The notes: a model not told the origin generated them from the letters alone. Shown: positions 1-9,000, numbered from the stretch's first letter. The stretch: DNA of 20,000 nucleotides from an uncultured virus (IMG/VR IMGVR_UViG_3300005526_000008) (IMGVR_UViG_3300005526_000008:55330-75329), one strand, 5' to 3'. A program made the numbers and translations.

Positions 1-2051
1 CCCGGTGGCTCGGGCACCGGCCCGCTCAACGACAGCCGTATGCCATGGCCATGCTTCATCGCCTGCTTCAGCCGGGCATGATGGATCTTGCCGGGCGGCT
101 GGTCGCCGGGCTGGTCGGTCGGGCCGCGACCGGGTGCGTTGATGACCCCTGTGGCGTTGGTCCAACCCTTGCGCATCGCACCCTCGTTCTTCTTGCCGAG
201 TTGCGGCGCCTTTCGGGACCGCGGGAAATCACCCTGCTGTTCAACCTTGCCTGAAGTGTATCTCGTTTTCAGACCAACTCCGTGCTTAAGCGAGGAAAAG
301 TAGCGTGTGATCGCTCGATGATGGGGCGTTATGATAGTGTGAGGCTTCTCAGGCGTTGCACCGAGAGCCATCGAAAAAGAATAGTCAGCACTTGATGCCC
401 CTGGAGGGATTTTGGTCGGATGGTTGTGAAATGTGTTTGACCCTTGGAAATCACGAAATCCTTTGATCGGCATTTTAACCTGAGTGGAATACGGCCTTCC
501 GGTGACGCGATGACTTACATGCCCCTTTGGATCGGTGATGATCAGCCGTTCCCTGCGCAAAGCATTGGCCCGCAACAGATCTCGCTTGATCTCAGGAAAT
601 GACGGTTTTTTGCCGATCGCCGTCGGCCGCCGGATCAGATCGCCAATATGCTGCCCGGCAATTCGCAGCACACGGGTGAGTGGCGCTCGCTTGATGAAAA
701 CGTTGTTCGGCGACATCCGGTAACGCTCGGTGCCGGTCAGCTTGCCGTGCTTGCGGCTGCTGAACTTCTTGCCGAACTCGCGCTTGAACGGCTCGAACGT
801 CTCGGGCTGGTTCTCGGTGTGCAGGCGGTCGAATACCCGGCGATGAGCGTATTGCATGAACAGCCGGAGCGGCTCGAGTTCGCGCTGCATCGTCGCGTCC
901 ATGGCGAAGTCGTAGTGGCCGACCCCGACCTTGTGCACCGCCATCAGCGCCGCATGCTTGTAGGCCCGTGCCGCCAGCCCCGGCGGCGTGCCTTTGGGGA
1001 TAAGGCCTTTCTTGTAACCGTATTCGACCGCGCCTTTCTGGTGATCGCGCACCACGCCAATCGAACGGCGCAGGATCTCGACCATGCGCGGATGGCGCAT
1101 CGCTTCGGTGAAGGTGCTGGGGTTCTCGATCGTCAGGTCACGATGCGGCCCAACCTTCTGTTTGCCCTTCTTTTTCGGCGGCTCGGCCAACGCTTCGGCC
1201 AGCAAAGGCCGTCCCATCGGGTAGGGCAGCAGCGATTCCGGCAGCGTGCTGCGATAGGCCTGGGGCAGGTGCAGCTTGAAGCGGGCGTTCATCGAGCCAA
1301 CCGCCTGCTCGGTGCCGCGGGTGTCCCAGACGCTGCGGCTGGCGCGTGTATCGGAGCGTTGCTGACCCTGCCGGAACAGGCCGATCGCTGCCTTCGACGG
1401 CGCTCCGGTGCTGCCCTGGCGTACCGAGATCGCGGTTTCGGCGTGATGGCGGGGACTGCGCGCGGCCGCGACGCGTTGCTGATGCTCGGCCGCCGACAGC
1501 AAGCCGGTGGTGTCGCGTTTCTTCAATCCGATCGGTTCGCCTGCCACGATGGGTTCGACAATGTTCTTCGCCCACTCGACATGCGCATCGGTCGCGCCGC
1601 CATCCTTGCCGTGGGAGGCTATGATCTGCCCTTTTGAATGGTGCAGTTGGTTGATGTCGTCCCTGAACTTGACGGTCTTGCCGACATGATCGTGGATGTG
1701 GCTGACCCAGTTGTTTAACGCCTTTCTCCGGCGCTGCCCCAGGTCGGTGGTGGGTTCAGGACCGTGCGCGGGCGGCGGCCCGTGAAACTGCTGTGGCTTC
1801 GGCGCCGGCGAAGGCGCGGCCGATTTGGGCGCCACGGAGGGACGCGGAGCCGCCGCTGCCGGGGGTGGCGTTTTGAAGGCTGTCCGCGGTGCAGACGCGG
1901 CGGTTGAACGGAATCTGCGCCGCATCGCCCCGGCAATACGCGCCCCTTTGCCTCGCATAAGCATGCCGGCCGCGATACCACCACCCGCCAATAACCCGGC
2001 CCCAGCAATCCTGGACGCCCAACCGGGTTTGTCAGGCTCCCGCTTTTTCAT
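1..2051 (-). CDS. Large multi-module protein directly downstream of the portal (putative internal head/ejected 'polyvalent' protein) with a JAB/MPN-like domain; 3'-truncated by the window edge
   Basis: Translated by hand. ATG at 2051 overlaps the portal stop (ATGA) and the frame stays open to position 1 (>683 codons: MKKREPDKPGWASRIAGAGLLAGGGIAAGMLM...RERLIITDPKG...TFHNHPTKIPPGASSADYSF...HGIRLSLSGPVPEPP). It is missing from the ORF track because there is no stop in the window. Confidence 0.88.
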   Translation of the reverse strand, partial: MKKREPDKPGWASRIAGAGLLAGGGIAAGMLMRGKGARIAGAMRRRFRSTAASAPRTAFKTPPPAAAAPRPSVAPKSAAPSPAPKPQQFHGPPPAHGPEPTTDLGQRRRKALNNWVSHIHDHVGKTVKFRDDINQLHHSKGQIIASHGKDGGATDAHVEWAKNIVEPIVAGEPIGLKKRDTTGLLSAAEHQQRVAAARSPRHHAETAISVRQGSTGAPSKAAIGLFRQGQQRSDTRASRSVWDTRGTEQAVGSMNARFKLHLPQAYRSTLPESLLPYPMGRPLLAEALAEPPKKKGKQKVGPHRDLTIENPSTFTEAMRHPRMVEILRRSIGVVRDHQKGAVEYGYKKGLIPKGTPPGLAARAYKHAALMAVHKVGVGHYDFAMDATMQRELEPLRLFMQYAHRRVFDRLHTENQPETFEPFKREFGKKFSSRKHGKLTGTERYRMSPNNVFIKRAPLTRVLRIAGQHIGDLIRRPTAIGKKPSFPEIKRDLLRANALRRERLIITDPKGHVSHRVTGRPYSTQVKMPIKGFRDFQGSNTFHNHPTKIPPGASSADYSFSMALGATPEKPHTIITPHHRAITRYFSSLKHGVGLKTRYTSGKVEQQGDFPRSRKAPQLGKKNEGAMRKGWTNATGVINAPGRGPTDQPGDQPPGKIHHARLKQAMKHGHGIRLSLSGPVPEPP
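240..690 (-). other. JAB/MPN (JAMM)-like metalloprotease domain within the 1..2051 ORF
   Basis: Glu (551-549) in ERLIITDPKG, then H-N-H (428-420), x8, S-x2-D (D at 386-384). This resembles the JAMM E...HxH-x7-S-x2-D motif with one extra spacer residue. The segment is visibly more AT-rich than its flanks. Boundaries are approximate. Confidence 0.65.
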
Positions 2052-3826
2052 TTGCCGCGCTTTGCCGACCTCAACTGCGCCGCATGTTTGTGCGCCATCT
2101 GCTCGCCGTGCGCCAAGGCTGCTTTAACGCCGGGATGTTCATGGAAAGGCACGACATTCGATCCGGCAGCGTCCACCATTTGACCTTCAGCGCCCACCAT
2201 GGCGCCCGTCATTTGGCCATTTGCCGGAGTTTCGGCGCCGTTTGCCGGAGTTTGCGGCGCGATCCCCAGCGCCTCGATGATCTCCGGCGGCAGGCCCTGC
2301 ACGAGTTCGTCGACCGATGGGTCGCCCTCGCCGGGCGCGCCGCCCAGTCCGGCCATCTCCTGGCCCGGCATCGTCGGCTGCGGCAGGCCGGTGACGTCCC
2401 AGCCGTTCGCGATGATCTTCTTGATGCCCTCGATCGAGAGGAAGCCCATCGGGCCGATGCCGCGCACGAAGGGCGGCACGCCGAGCGGTTCCATGCCGCG
2501 CTCGGTGCGGATGTCGTCGAGCGAGATCGCGCCCTCGTTGACCAGGACGACGTCGCGCTGTTCCTTCTCCGCGGGGTCGACTTTTCTGAAATCGTCCCAC
2601 ACCATCTCGATGTCCGGAAACCCGAACCAATCGGCAATGATGTAGTCGAGGAGACTCTTTATCCACGTCATAAGTGGGGCGAGGCCCTCCTGCAGGGCCT
2701 GTTCGTACATCGTCTCGCCGGTCGCGCGGTTGACCAGGCGAACGAACGGGGTCGGCGGCAGCGAGAAGCAGAAGGCGATGATACGCGCCAGCCACTCGTC
2801 AAACTGGTCGACCAGCGCCTCGGGCGAGCGGGTCATCACCGGGGTCACGCCGCCCGGGGCAAAGCGCATCTTCCGCCGGGTTACCGCGTCGTTGACGATG
2901 GTGTCCCAATAGGCTTGGAACTCGGCGATCTGTTGCGTGGTCCAGGTCGGAGGCACCTGCCACACCGCGTCGGGGATGGTGCCGTCGGTGAAGTAGGCGA
3001 GTTGCTGCGCCTGACGCCGCAGGCCGATATTCGCGGTGACCAGCACCTGCTCAACCGGGCTGCAGCCGTAGACCTTGTTCACCCGCCGGTTGCGCGGCGC
3101 GTAGATCATGTCCTCCTTGGAGAACTCGGCCGCGACGATGCCCTTCATGACCTGTTGGTAGGCTGGCCCGTCGAGCGGGGTGCGGCCGTCGTAGTTGAGC
3201 AGCGGCTTGATCATCGAGCCGTCGATGAGCTCAAAGCCGACCGTCTCGCCGCCGCGGTTCTTCTTGCGCACGATGGTCGCGGCATCGATGACCAGGTGTT
3301 CCTCGACGAGTTGCGACACCCATTGCTGCCAGCCGATCTCACCGTCGGGGCGCTCGAAAATGGCCTCGAGCTGGCGACAGCGGTCGTCGGTCTTGGGCCG
3401 CGACGCCTGATCGCCCTGCTTCTTCGGCATGATCGACTTCTTGAGGTTGCCGATCTGGTCCTTGCGGGTTTCGATGGCGAGGCGGATCAGGTCGTAGCCG
3501 CCCACGGCCGGGTCGGCGATGGCGCGCAGGCTTTCGAAGTTGATCGGCTCGAAGGAGCGCGGCGTATAGATAGTATTGTACGAAGTGGGGTAATCGAAAC
3601 GCCGACCACCCGCCCCGGGCGCCACGGGATCGAGCGGCCGGCCCGGCGGAAAGAACGGCAGTTCCGTAGACCCTGCCTGCCCCATCCCCAACCAGGTTCG
3701 CATCTGCCCGGAAATCCGCTGTATCAGTCCCGCCTCGACCGGGGTTGATGGGGCGTTGTCGCGGTTCATTCCCGGCAGGTTCATCGGCCGGTGCGGCATG
3801 TTCCAGGAACTAGGCGTGAGCGCCAC
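2048..3826 (-). CDS. Phage portal protein (HK97-type Phage_portal family) with a low-complexity C-terminal extension
   Basis: 592 aa. Portal-like motifs YDLIRLAIETRKDQI, LVIDA, YGCSPVEQV, YFTDGTIPD, FDEWLARIIAFCFSLPPTPFV, EGLAPLMTWIKSLLD and ISLDDIRTERGMEPL. GTG start abuts the upstream TAA. Confidence 0.93.
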   Translation of the reverse strand: MALTPSSWNMPHRPMNLPGMNRDNAPSTPVEAGLIQRISGQMRTWLGMGQAGSTELPFFPPGRPLDPVAPGAGGRRFDYPTSYNTIYTPRSFEPINFESLRAIADPAVGGYDLIRLAIETRKDQIGNLKKSIMPKKQGDQASRPKTDDRCRQLEAIFERPDGEIGWQQWVSQLVEEHLVIDAATIVRKKNRGGETVGFELIDGSMIKPLLNYDGRTPLDGPAYQQVMKGIVAAEFSKEDMIYAPRNRRVNKVYGCSPVEQVLVTANIGLRRQAQQLAYFTDGTIPDAVWQVPPTWTTQQIAEFQAYWDTIVNDAVTRRKMRFAPGGVTPVMTRSPEALVDQFDEWLARIIAFCFSLPPTPFVRLVNRATGETMYEQALQEGLAPLMTWIKSLLDYIIADWFGFPDIEMVWDDFRKVDPAEKEQRDVVLVNEGAISLDDIRTERGMEPLGVPPFVRGIGPMGFLSIEGIKKIIANGWDVTGLPQPTMPGQEMAGLGGAPGEGDPSVDELVQGLPPEIIEALGIAPQTPANGAETPANGQMTGAMVGAEGQMVDAAGSNVVPFHEHPGVKAALAHGEQMAHKHAAQLRSAKRGK

Positions 3827-4108
3827 TTAACGGGCGCCGAAGACGGTGGTGGCGCCGGTGATCGCGATCACGCGCTTGCAGGCAATGTCGTATTTGACCC
3901 CGGCGGTCACCGCCAGAGTGATCACCGAGGAGCTTTCCTTGGGCTCGAAGGTGATGGTGCCGGTGGCGTCGACCATGAACCCGGAGATCCAGGTGATGTT
4001 GCCGGCCGGGGCGACGCGTTGTGGCAGGTTGGGCCCGGTGATCGGCCCGGCCGAGGGCGTCACCACGAACATCTGGGTCCAGCGGTCTGAATAAAGCGGA
4101 TCGGGCAT
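3827..4108 (-). CDS. Small beta-rich virion protein, resembling the GTA head-spike base family (Rcc01079-like)
   Basis: 93 aa with pattern MPDP...VTPS...FMVDATGTITF...VTAGVKYDIACKRVIAITGAT, recalling spike-base proteins. GGAG RBS at 4117-4120. Confidence 0.55.
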   Translation of the reverse strand: MPDPLYSDRWTQMFVVTPSAGPITGPNLPQRVAPAGNITWISGFMVDATGTITFEPKESSSVITLAVTAGVKYDIACKRVIAITGATTVFGAR

Positions 4109-4140
4109 CAGCTCTGCTCCAGGAAGCGGCTATGTCCGCG

Positions 4141-4170
4141 ACCATAGGCAGCGATGTTCGTTTATTTCAA
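4141..4170 (-). promoter_or_regulatory. Putative sigma70-type promoter for the spike-base/portal module
   Basis: Minus strand reads TTGAAA (4170-4165), 18 nt, TATGGT (4146-4141). It occupies the largest intergenic gap of the window, ~30 nt upstream of the ATG at 4108. Confidence 0.45.
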
Positions 4171-4481
4171 GGATATGGCCATTTTTGCCTTGCCAGTTGC
4201 GCCCGCGAGACCATCCAGAGCTCGTTGGCCAGCGGCACCGGGTCGATCCCCAGGCGCTCCCACCACGCCAGTTCGTTGCCCGCATTCTCCACCGCGTCGT
4301 GGCAGCGGCGACAGATTGGAATAACCCAACAATCGCCGGATTTCAGCCCCCTTGCCCGAGGCTGCATGAATTTCAGATGATGCGGATCGGAAGGTGGGGC
4401 GGCACCACAGACGATGCATCGCAGAGTGCAGACGAAGACGAGATGATCTCGCGAACGTGGTCGAGCCGGCTTCTCAATCAA
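4167..4481 (-). CDS. DUF968-like / HNH-fold Zn-binding putative nuclease
   Basis: RSRDHLVFVCTLRCIVCG...DPHHL...GLKSGDCWVIPICRRCHDAVE...ELAWWERLGIDP matches the DUF968-type pattern (CxxCG..HH..K..D...PxCxxCH). Start placed at TTG 4481 (TTGA overlap with the HNH stop); the track start at 4502 is an alternative. Confidence 0.8.
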   Translation of the reverse strand: MIEKPARPRSRDHLVFVCTLRCIVCGAAPPSDPHHLKFMQPRARGLKSGDCWVIPICRRCHDAVENAGNELAWWERLGIDPVPLANELWMVSRAQLARQKWPYP

Positions 4482-5026
4482 CACCGAGGCACGTGCTTCC
4501 AAATTCTTCCAGCGCGGATTGACCAGATCATTGGTTGTCCAACGCCATACCTGCGCGCAAGCGTTCGTTGGCTGTCAGTAGATGAGCAGATTTCTCGGAT
4601 CTTCTGTTCCGTGAGGTTGCTTCGGTACAAGGGATGATCAGTTCCTCGTGGTATGCGGCCGTGCCGATCGCGATCATCAGAATTTTCGAGCGCCGTTGCC
4701 CATCGAAGATTGCCTTTGTGGCAGTTGCGACTGTTTCCATCCCAATGAGCCGTCTGATGAAAGCGACTTGGTCGCGGTCCATGAAAGGCTTCACAAACCA
4801 AAACATGCGCAGTGACGTATCGCTTTTCACAATTTCGCTGAAGCCCGTATTGAAAATACCGTCCGTTCCATCGGGGCTTAATGATCTTGCCGGCCTTGCT
4901 ATTTGATCCGTCGCGCTCACGACGAAGGTGTCCATACTCACTCACACCATAATTGTCGTTCCATTCCACAACGCGCCATTCCGCATCGGGTGGAACCGGA
5001 TCAGCCGGAGTGTTGTTTTTGCTCAT
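4478..5026 (-). CDS. NUMOD4-HNH homing endonuclease with C-terminal helix-turn-helix
   Basis: 182 aa. EWRVV..YGVSEYGHLR (NUMOD4-like); HVLVCEAFHGPRP..TAHWDGNSRNCHKGNLRWATALEN (HNH_3-type); LTEQKIREI..SQRTLARRYGVGQPMIWSIRAGRIWKH (HTH). More AT-rich than neighbours. Confidence 0.92.
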   Translation of the reverse strand: MSKNNTPADPVPPDAEWRVVEWNDNYGVSEYGHLRRERDGSNSKAGKIIKPRWNGRYFQYGLQRNCEKRYVTAHVLVCEAFHGPRPSRFHQTAHWDGNSRNCHKGNLRWATALENSDDRDRHGRIPRGTDHPLYRSNLTEQKIREICSSTDSQRTLARRYGVGQPMIWSIRAGRIWKHVPRC

Positions 5027-5029
5027 AAA

Positions 5030-5341
5030 TTATTCGACGCTCCACTCACGATAGGGCGGCCCGCGTACCACCGGATAGAGGACCAACTGAAATTTGTCGT
5101 CCTCGGTGGTGATCTGGGCAATCATCTGGCCGCCGCACATGAGGCAGCTCAGATGCTGTCGCCATTCCAACCGGCTATAAATCGTCTGCCCGCTGCAGAA
5201 ACCGCAGGTGATCCAGCCCGGCGTGAGCCCTATCTGCTGGCGTTTGGCGAATTCCCCGCGGGCGTATTGGCGCCGCCGGCCGACCTCGAACATCGAGCGC
5301 AAATGCCCCAGCGGATCCTTGCCATGCTCGCTACTCATCAT
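5030..5341 (-). CDS. Hypothetical protein with Zn-ribbon-like CxxC...CxxC
   Basis: 103 aa with CGFC and CLMC. GGAGAGG RBS before the ATG; overlaps the upstream stop. Confidence 0.7.
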   Translation of the reverse strand: MMSSEHGKDPLGHLRSMFEVGRRRQYARGEFAKRQQIGLTPGWITCGFCSGQTIYSRLEWRQHLSCLMCGGQMIAQITTEDDKFQLVLYPVVRGPPYREWSVE

Positions 5342-5663
5342 CCTCTCCGAACCGGTAGCCGGTTTCGTTGACGGATATCAGCGCGAGATAGGCCGTTCCG
5401 CCCATCGCTTCCACGACTTTGTAGTTCCAGATGCTGTCGTCGATCAGTTCGCGGGCCACCGCGCGCAACCACGCCGCGGTGTCGTTCTGCACCTGCTTGT
5501 CGCGATAGCCGCCGAAGGTGACGAATTCAGAGGCGCCGCCCTCGTAGGCCGGGGCTATCCCCTCGAGGGCGGCGTTCTGCGGATCGGCCATGCACGCGGC
5601 AACCTTGGCATCGCATTGATGTACCAACGCGTGCCACTTGCCGATGATGACCGGGTCGGTCAC
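5331..5663 (-). CDS. Hypothetical phage protein
   Basis: 110 aa, GTGA overlap with the upstream gene, normal composition. Confidence 0.75.
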   Translation of the reverse strand: MTDPVIIGKWHALVHQCDAKVAACMADPQNAALEGIAPAYEGGASEFVTFGGYRDKQVQNDTAAWLRAVARELIDDSIWNYKVVEAMGGTAYLALISVNETGYRFGEDDE

Positions 5664-6037
5664 CTGCGGTGCTCGACGACTGGCGTGCCTTCGCCGATGC
5701 GACGGATTTCCAGCACCCGCTTACGGGCCACGAAGCGTTCGGCGATCTTCTGCATCGCCTCGGCGTTCTCGCTTTCCGGCTCAAGCACGGTGGGGGTGAA
5801 GGTGATGCCCTTCTCGTCGATAGAGATCGCGTGGGCCTCGACGATGGTCTCGAGCCCGCGCTCGCGGATTTCCTCCGGCAGGTCGGGGTCGTCCGGCAGG
5901 CGCTGGAGGTAGCGGATGCGCACCAGTTCGCGCGCCGGGCAGGCGACCTTGAACAGGTCGAAATCGGCGGCGTCGGGGGGTAGCGGTAGCTCGGGCGGTT
6001 CGCCCATCTCGCGTCTCCGCGATGCGTTACTCATCAC
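5660..6037 (-). CDS. Hypothetical phage protein (charged)
   Basis: 125 aa, AGGAG RBS just upstream (start GTG 6037 or ATG 6034), coupled to the next gene. Confidence 0.78.
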   Translation of the reverse strand: MMSNASRRREMGEPPELPLPPDAADFDLFKVACPARELVRIRYLQRLPDDPDLPEEIRERGLETIVEAHAISIDEKGITFTPTVLEPESENAEAMQKIAERFVARKRVLEIRRIGEGTPVVEHRR

Positions 6038-6062
6038 ATTCTCCTATACCATGATTACTGCC

Positions 6063-9000
6063 TCACGCCATCATCATGACGCGCGCTTGGCTGGCGAGGG
6101 CCTGGGTTCTGGCCGAAACGGCGACGTGACCCGCACCAGCAATGTCAACGCCCATGAAGATGGTTCGTGCCGAACCAATCTGGACGTTGCCCTGGCCGAC
6201 GATGATCGCCGAAACCGGGCACATCGCATAGGCGGTGAAGCCGCCGCCGCCGACGCCGTCGATCTGCGTGGCTGCGACCTGGCGGGTGTTGCCCCTGACG
6301 GTGACGCTGGCCTGAGCGTCGATGGTAACGACGGCAGCACGCAACGCCGTAGCGTTGACGTTGACCGCGCCCTGTCCGGCGATCGCGATTGTCGCGAACT
6401 GCGCCTTGTAGGCATCGACGGCCACGCTGCCCTGGGCCGCGATCGATGTGGCGCCGTAGGTGATGCGCGCGGCATCGATGCTGACGCTGGCCTGGGCCGC
6501 GATCGCGCTGGCCGCGACCATGCGCTGGGTGGTGGAGATGCTGACCGTGGCCGAGGCCGCGATCGCGGTGGTGCCTTCCTGCCGCCCTTGCTGGATTGCG
6601 TTGACGAGGAGGGTGCCGACGCCGCCGATCGAGACCGTGGCGAACTGGCGTACGCCGGCGGCGATGCTGACTGTGCCCAGTCCAGCAACCGCCACCGCCG
6701 TAACTTGGGTCAGGACGCTGCCGGCACTAACCGCGCCCTGCGCGGCCGTCGCCACCGCCGCCGGGCGTATACCGCCGGCGGCAGCACTGACCGCGCCGAC
6801 GCCAACGATCGAGGCGGCTGCGGGTTGCGCTTCACCCCCCGCGCCGAGGACGTTGCCGACGCCGGCGACGCTGACGGCAGCGAATTGGAGCTGCGCGGCC
6901 GCGACGCTGACCGCGCCCTGGCTGTCGATCGATGCTATGGCTGGTGAGCTGCGCCGCGCGTCGACCGCGACGTTGCCCAGGCCGCCGATCGTGATGGTCG
7001 CTGTCTGCACGCCGGCCGCTGCGGCACTTGCGGCGAACGCCCCAAGGCCCGCGATGGTCGTGGCGGCCGGTAGGTTCAGGACGGCGGAGGCGGCGACGCT
7101 GCCGGTGGCCGCGATCGCGATTGCTGCCGGTAGATTAAGGGTGGCGGATGCCGTGATGCTGCCGACGCCAGCGATCGTCGTGGCGGCGGTGTAGGAAACC
7201 GCCCCGCTGACGAACTGCGCATCAGCCGTGACGTTGCCGACGCCCGCGATGCTGGCCGTGGCATAGATCAGCTTGCCGGCCGAGGCCGCGACACTGCCAA
7301 CGCCGCCGATCGTCGCCGCGGCATAGACGATCTTGCCGGCATCGACCGCAACGCTGCCCTGTCCGGCAATCGGGATCGTCGCGAACCGGCGCGCGATCGC
7401 GTCAACGCTGACCGCGGCCTGGCCCGCAATGGCGACATTGCCCGGCTGCGAGCCGGCCGAATTCGCGCCGAACGCGCCAACGCCAGCGATCGCGATCGTC
7501 GCGAACTGCCGTTGTATCGCCGTGACGCTGACGGTGCCGAAACCCGGGATGCCAGCGGCAGCAGCTTCCGGCGTTACGGCAGCGGCGCTGACGTTGCCGA
7601 CGCCCGCAATCGTCGTCGCAGCATAAATCAGCTTGCCGGCCGCTACCCCGACGGTACCGACACCGGCGCTCGTGCTGGCCGCCACCATGCGCTGGATAGC
7701 GGCAACGCCGACTGCGCCCAGGCCGGCGCTCGTGCTGGCGGCCGGCTGCGCCCTGATGGCATTGATCGCAACGCTGCCAATGCCAGCACTCGTGCTGGCC
7801 GCGACCTGACGCTGGACGGCAGACGCCGCGACGTTGCCAATGGCCGCGATAGTGACGGCAGCGGTCCATACAGTGCCTGCTGGGGCTACCTTGGTCGCGT
7901 CGACCGCGATGCTGGCGACGCCCGCGATCGTCGTGGCGCCATAGGAAACTTGCCGTGCGCTGACGGCAACGTTTCCCGTCGCGGCCATGCTCGCCACAGG
8001 TTCGATAGTTGCCGGCAAAGCAGATAGGGGAATCAGGCCTGCCGCTGTGGGTAAGGGAGCATAGAATTGGATTGACCGGACGGCGACATAGCCGCCTTGG
8101 ATTGGTCTGTGATCGAATATTGCCGCCTTGAAGGAGTCCGCTGTCGGACGGTCCGCATCGATCAAAGTCAAAGCGATGGGGGTGGAATAGCCGTTGATGT
8201 CGGCTTCGAGACGGTTCGCGGTGACGGTGTAGGCCGTCACGTTGATCGCGCCGACGGCGGAATTGGCTGCGCCTAAGATGTCGCCGTAGGCCGGACCGCC
8301 CCATGTAGAAACGTCGAGATGGCTAGAGGCGCCAGGGGCGAAGGGGGTTAAGTCAATTTCCACGCCGTTGTCGCCGGACGGCGAAAAAACAGAAAGAACC
8401 ACACATCCGGTAGATGATCCTGAAATATTTTGACCGGTTTGGGTGTGGACGGTTCGCACCGTCGTAGCTGTCAGCAGTAAGTTACGGGCTTCGCCGATGA
8501 AAGCCGCGGACATCGTTGGCAGATAGCCGTCGGGGGTCAGTTCGGCGCTGTTGTAGCCCGTAGTCGTCCAGCCGGCGTCCGCGAGCGGGTCGTTGCCGAC
8601 GAGGGTGTTGATGCCGACGACGCCGACCCCTTGCACCCAAGCTCGGCCCTGTGGAGATCCTCCGATGAAGTCGATGTGGATCTGCGCACCTGGTGACACC
8701 CAGTCGGGGGCCAGTATCGCGGCGACGTTGCCCGCGCCGGCAATGGTCACTGCCGCGACCATGGTGACGCGTTCGCGGATCTGGATGGCGCGGAACGAAA
8801 CGGCCGGCGCCCCGACCGGCGGCAAGATCAGATCGCTGGGACCGTCCTCCGAGTAGCCGAGTTCGAGTTGCGGGGCGCCAATTCGTAGAGTGTTGTCGAA
8901 GGGAACGGCGGCGGCGCTGTCGAGGCCAAAGCCCCAGTAAGGCCTGATGAAGCGGACATCTGAAAAGGTGTTGGTGTCCGAGATGTCGTGCCTACAATCC

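Noticed and set aside
648..1637. 329-aa plus-strand ORF
   Set aside because: Antisense shadow of the minus-strand 1..2051 gene; Arg/Leu-rich, no recognisable motifs.
1138..2022. Short minus-strand ORFs 1138-1575, 1715-2008 and 1756-2022
   Set aside because: Alternative frames overlapping the long ATGA-coupled 1..2051 ORF.
2084..3748. 554-aa plus-strand ORF
   Set aside because: Antisense to the portal; typical artefact of GC-rich codon bias.
6038..6080. Possible hairpin/terminator after the giant fibre gene (catgat...atcatg)
   Set aside because: Short, weak stem with a large loop and no U-tract.
6096..8000. 60-bp periodicity resembling a CRISPR array
   Set aside because: Units are degenerate at synonymous positions, in frame within a CDS, lack an invariant repeat/unique spacer structure, and no cas genes are present.
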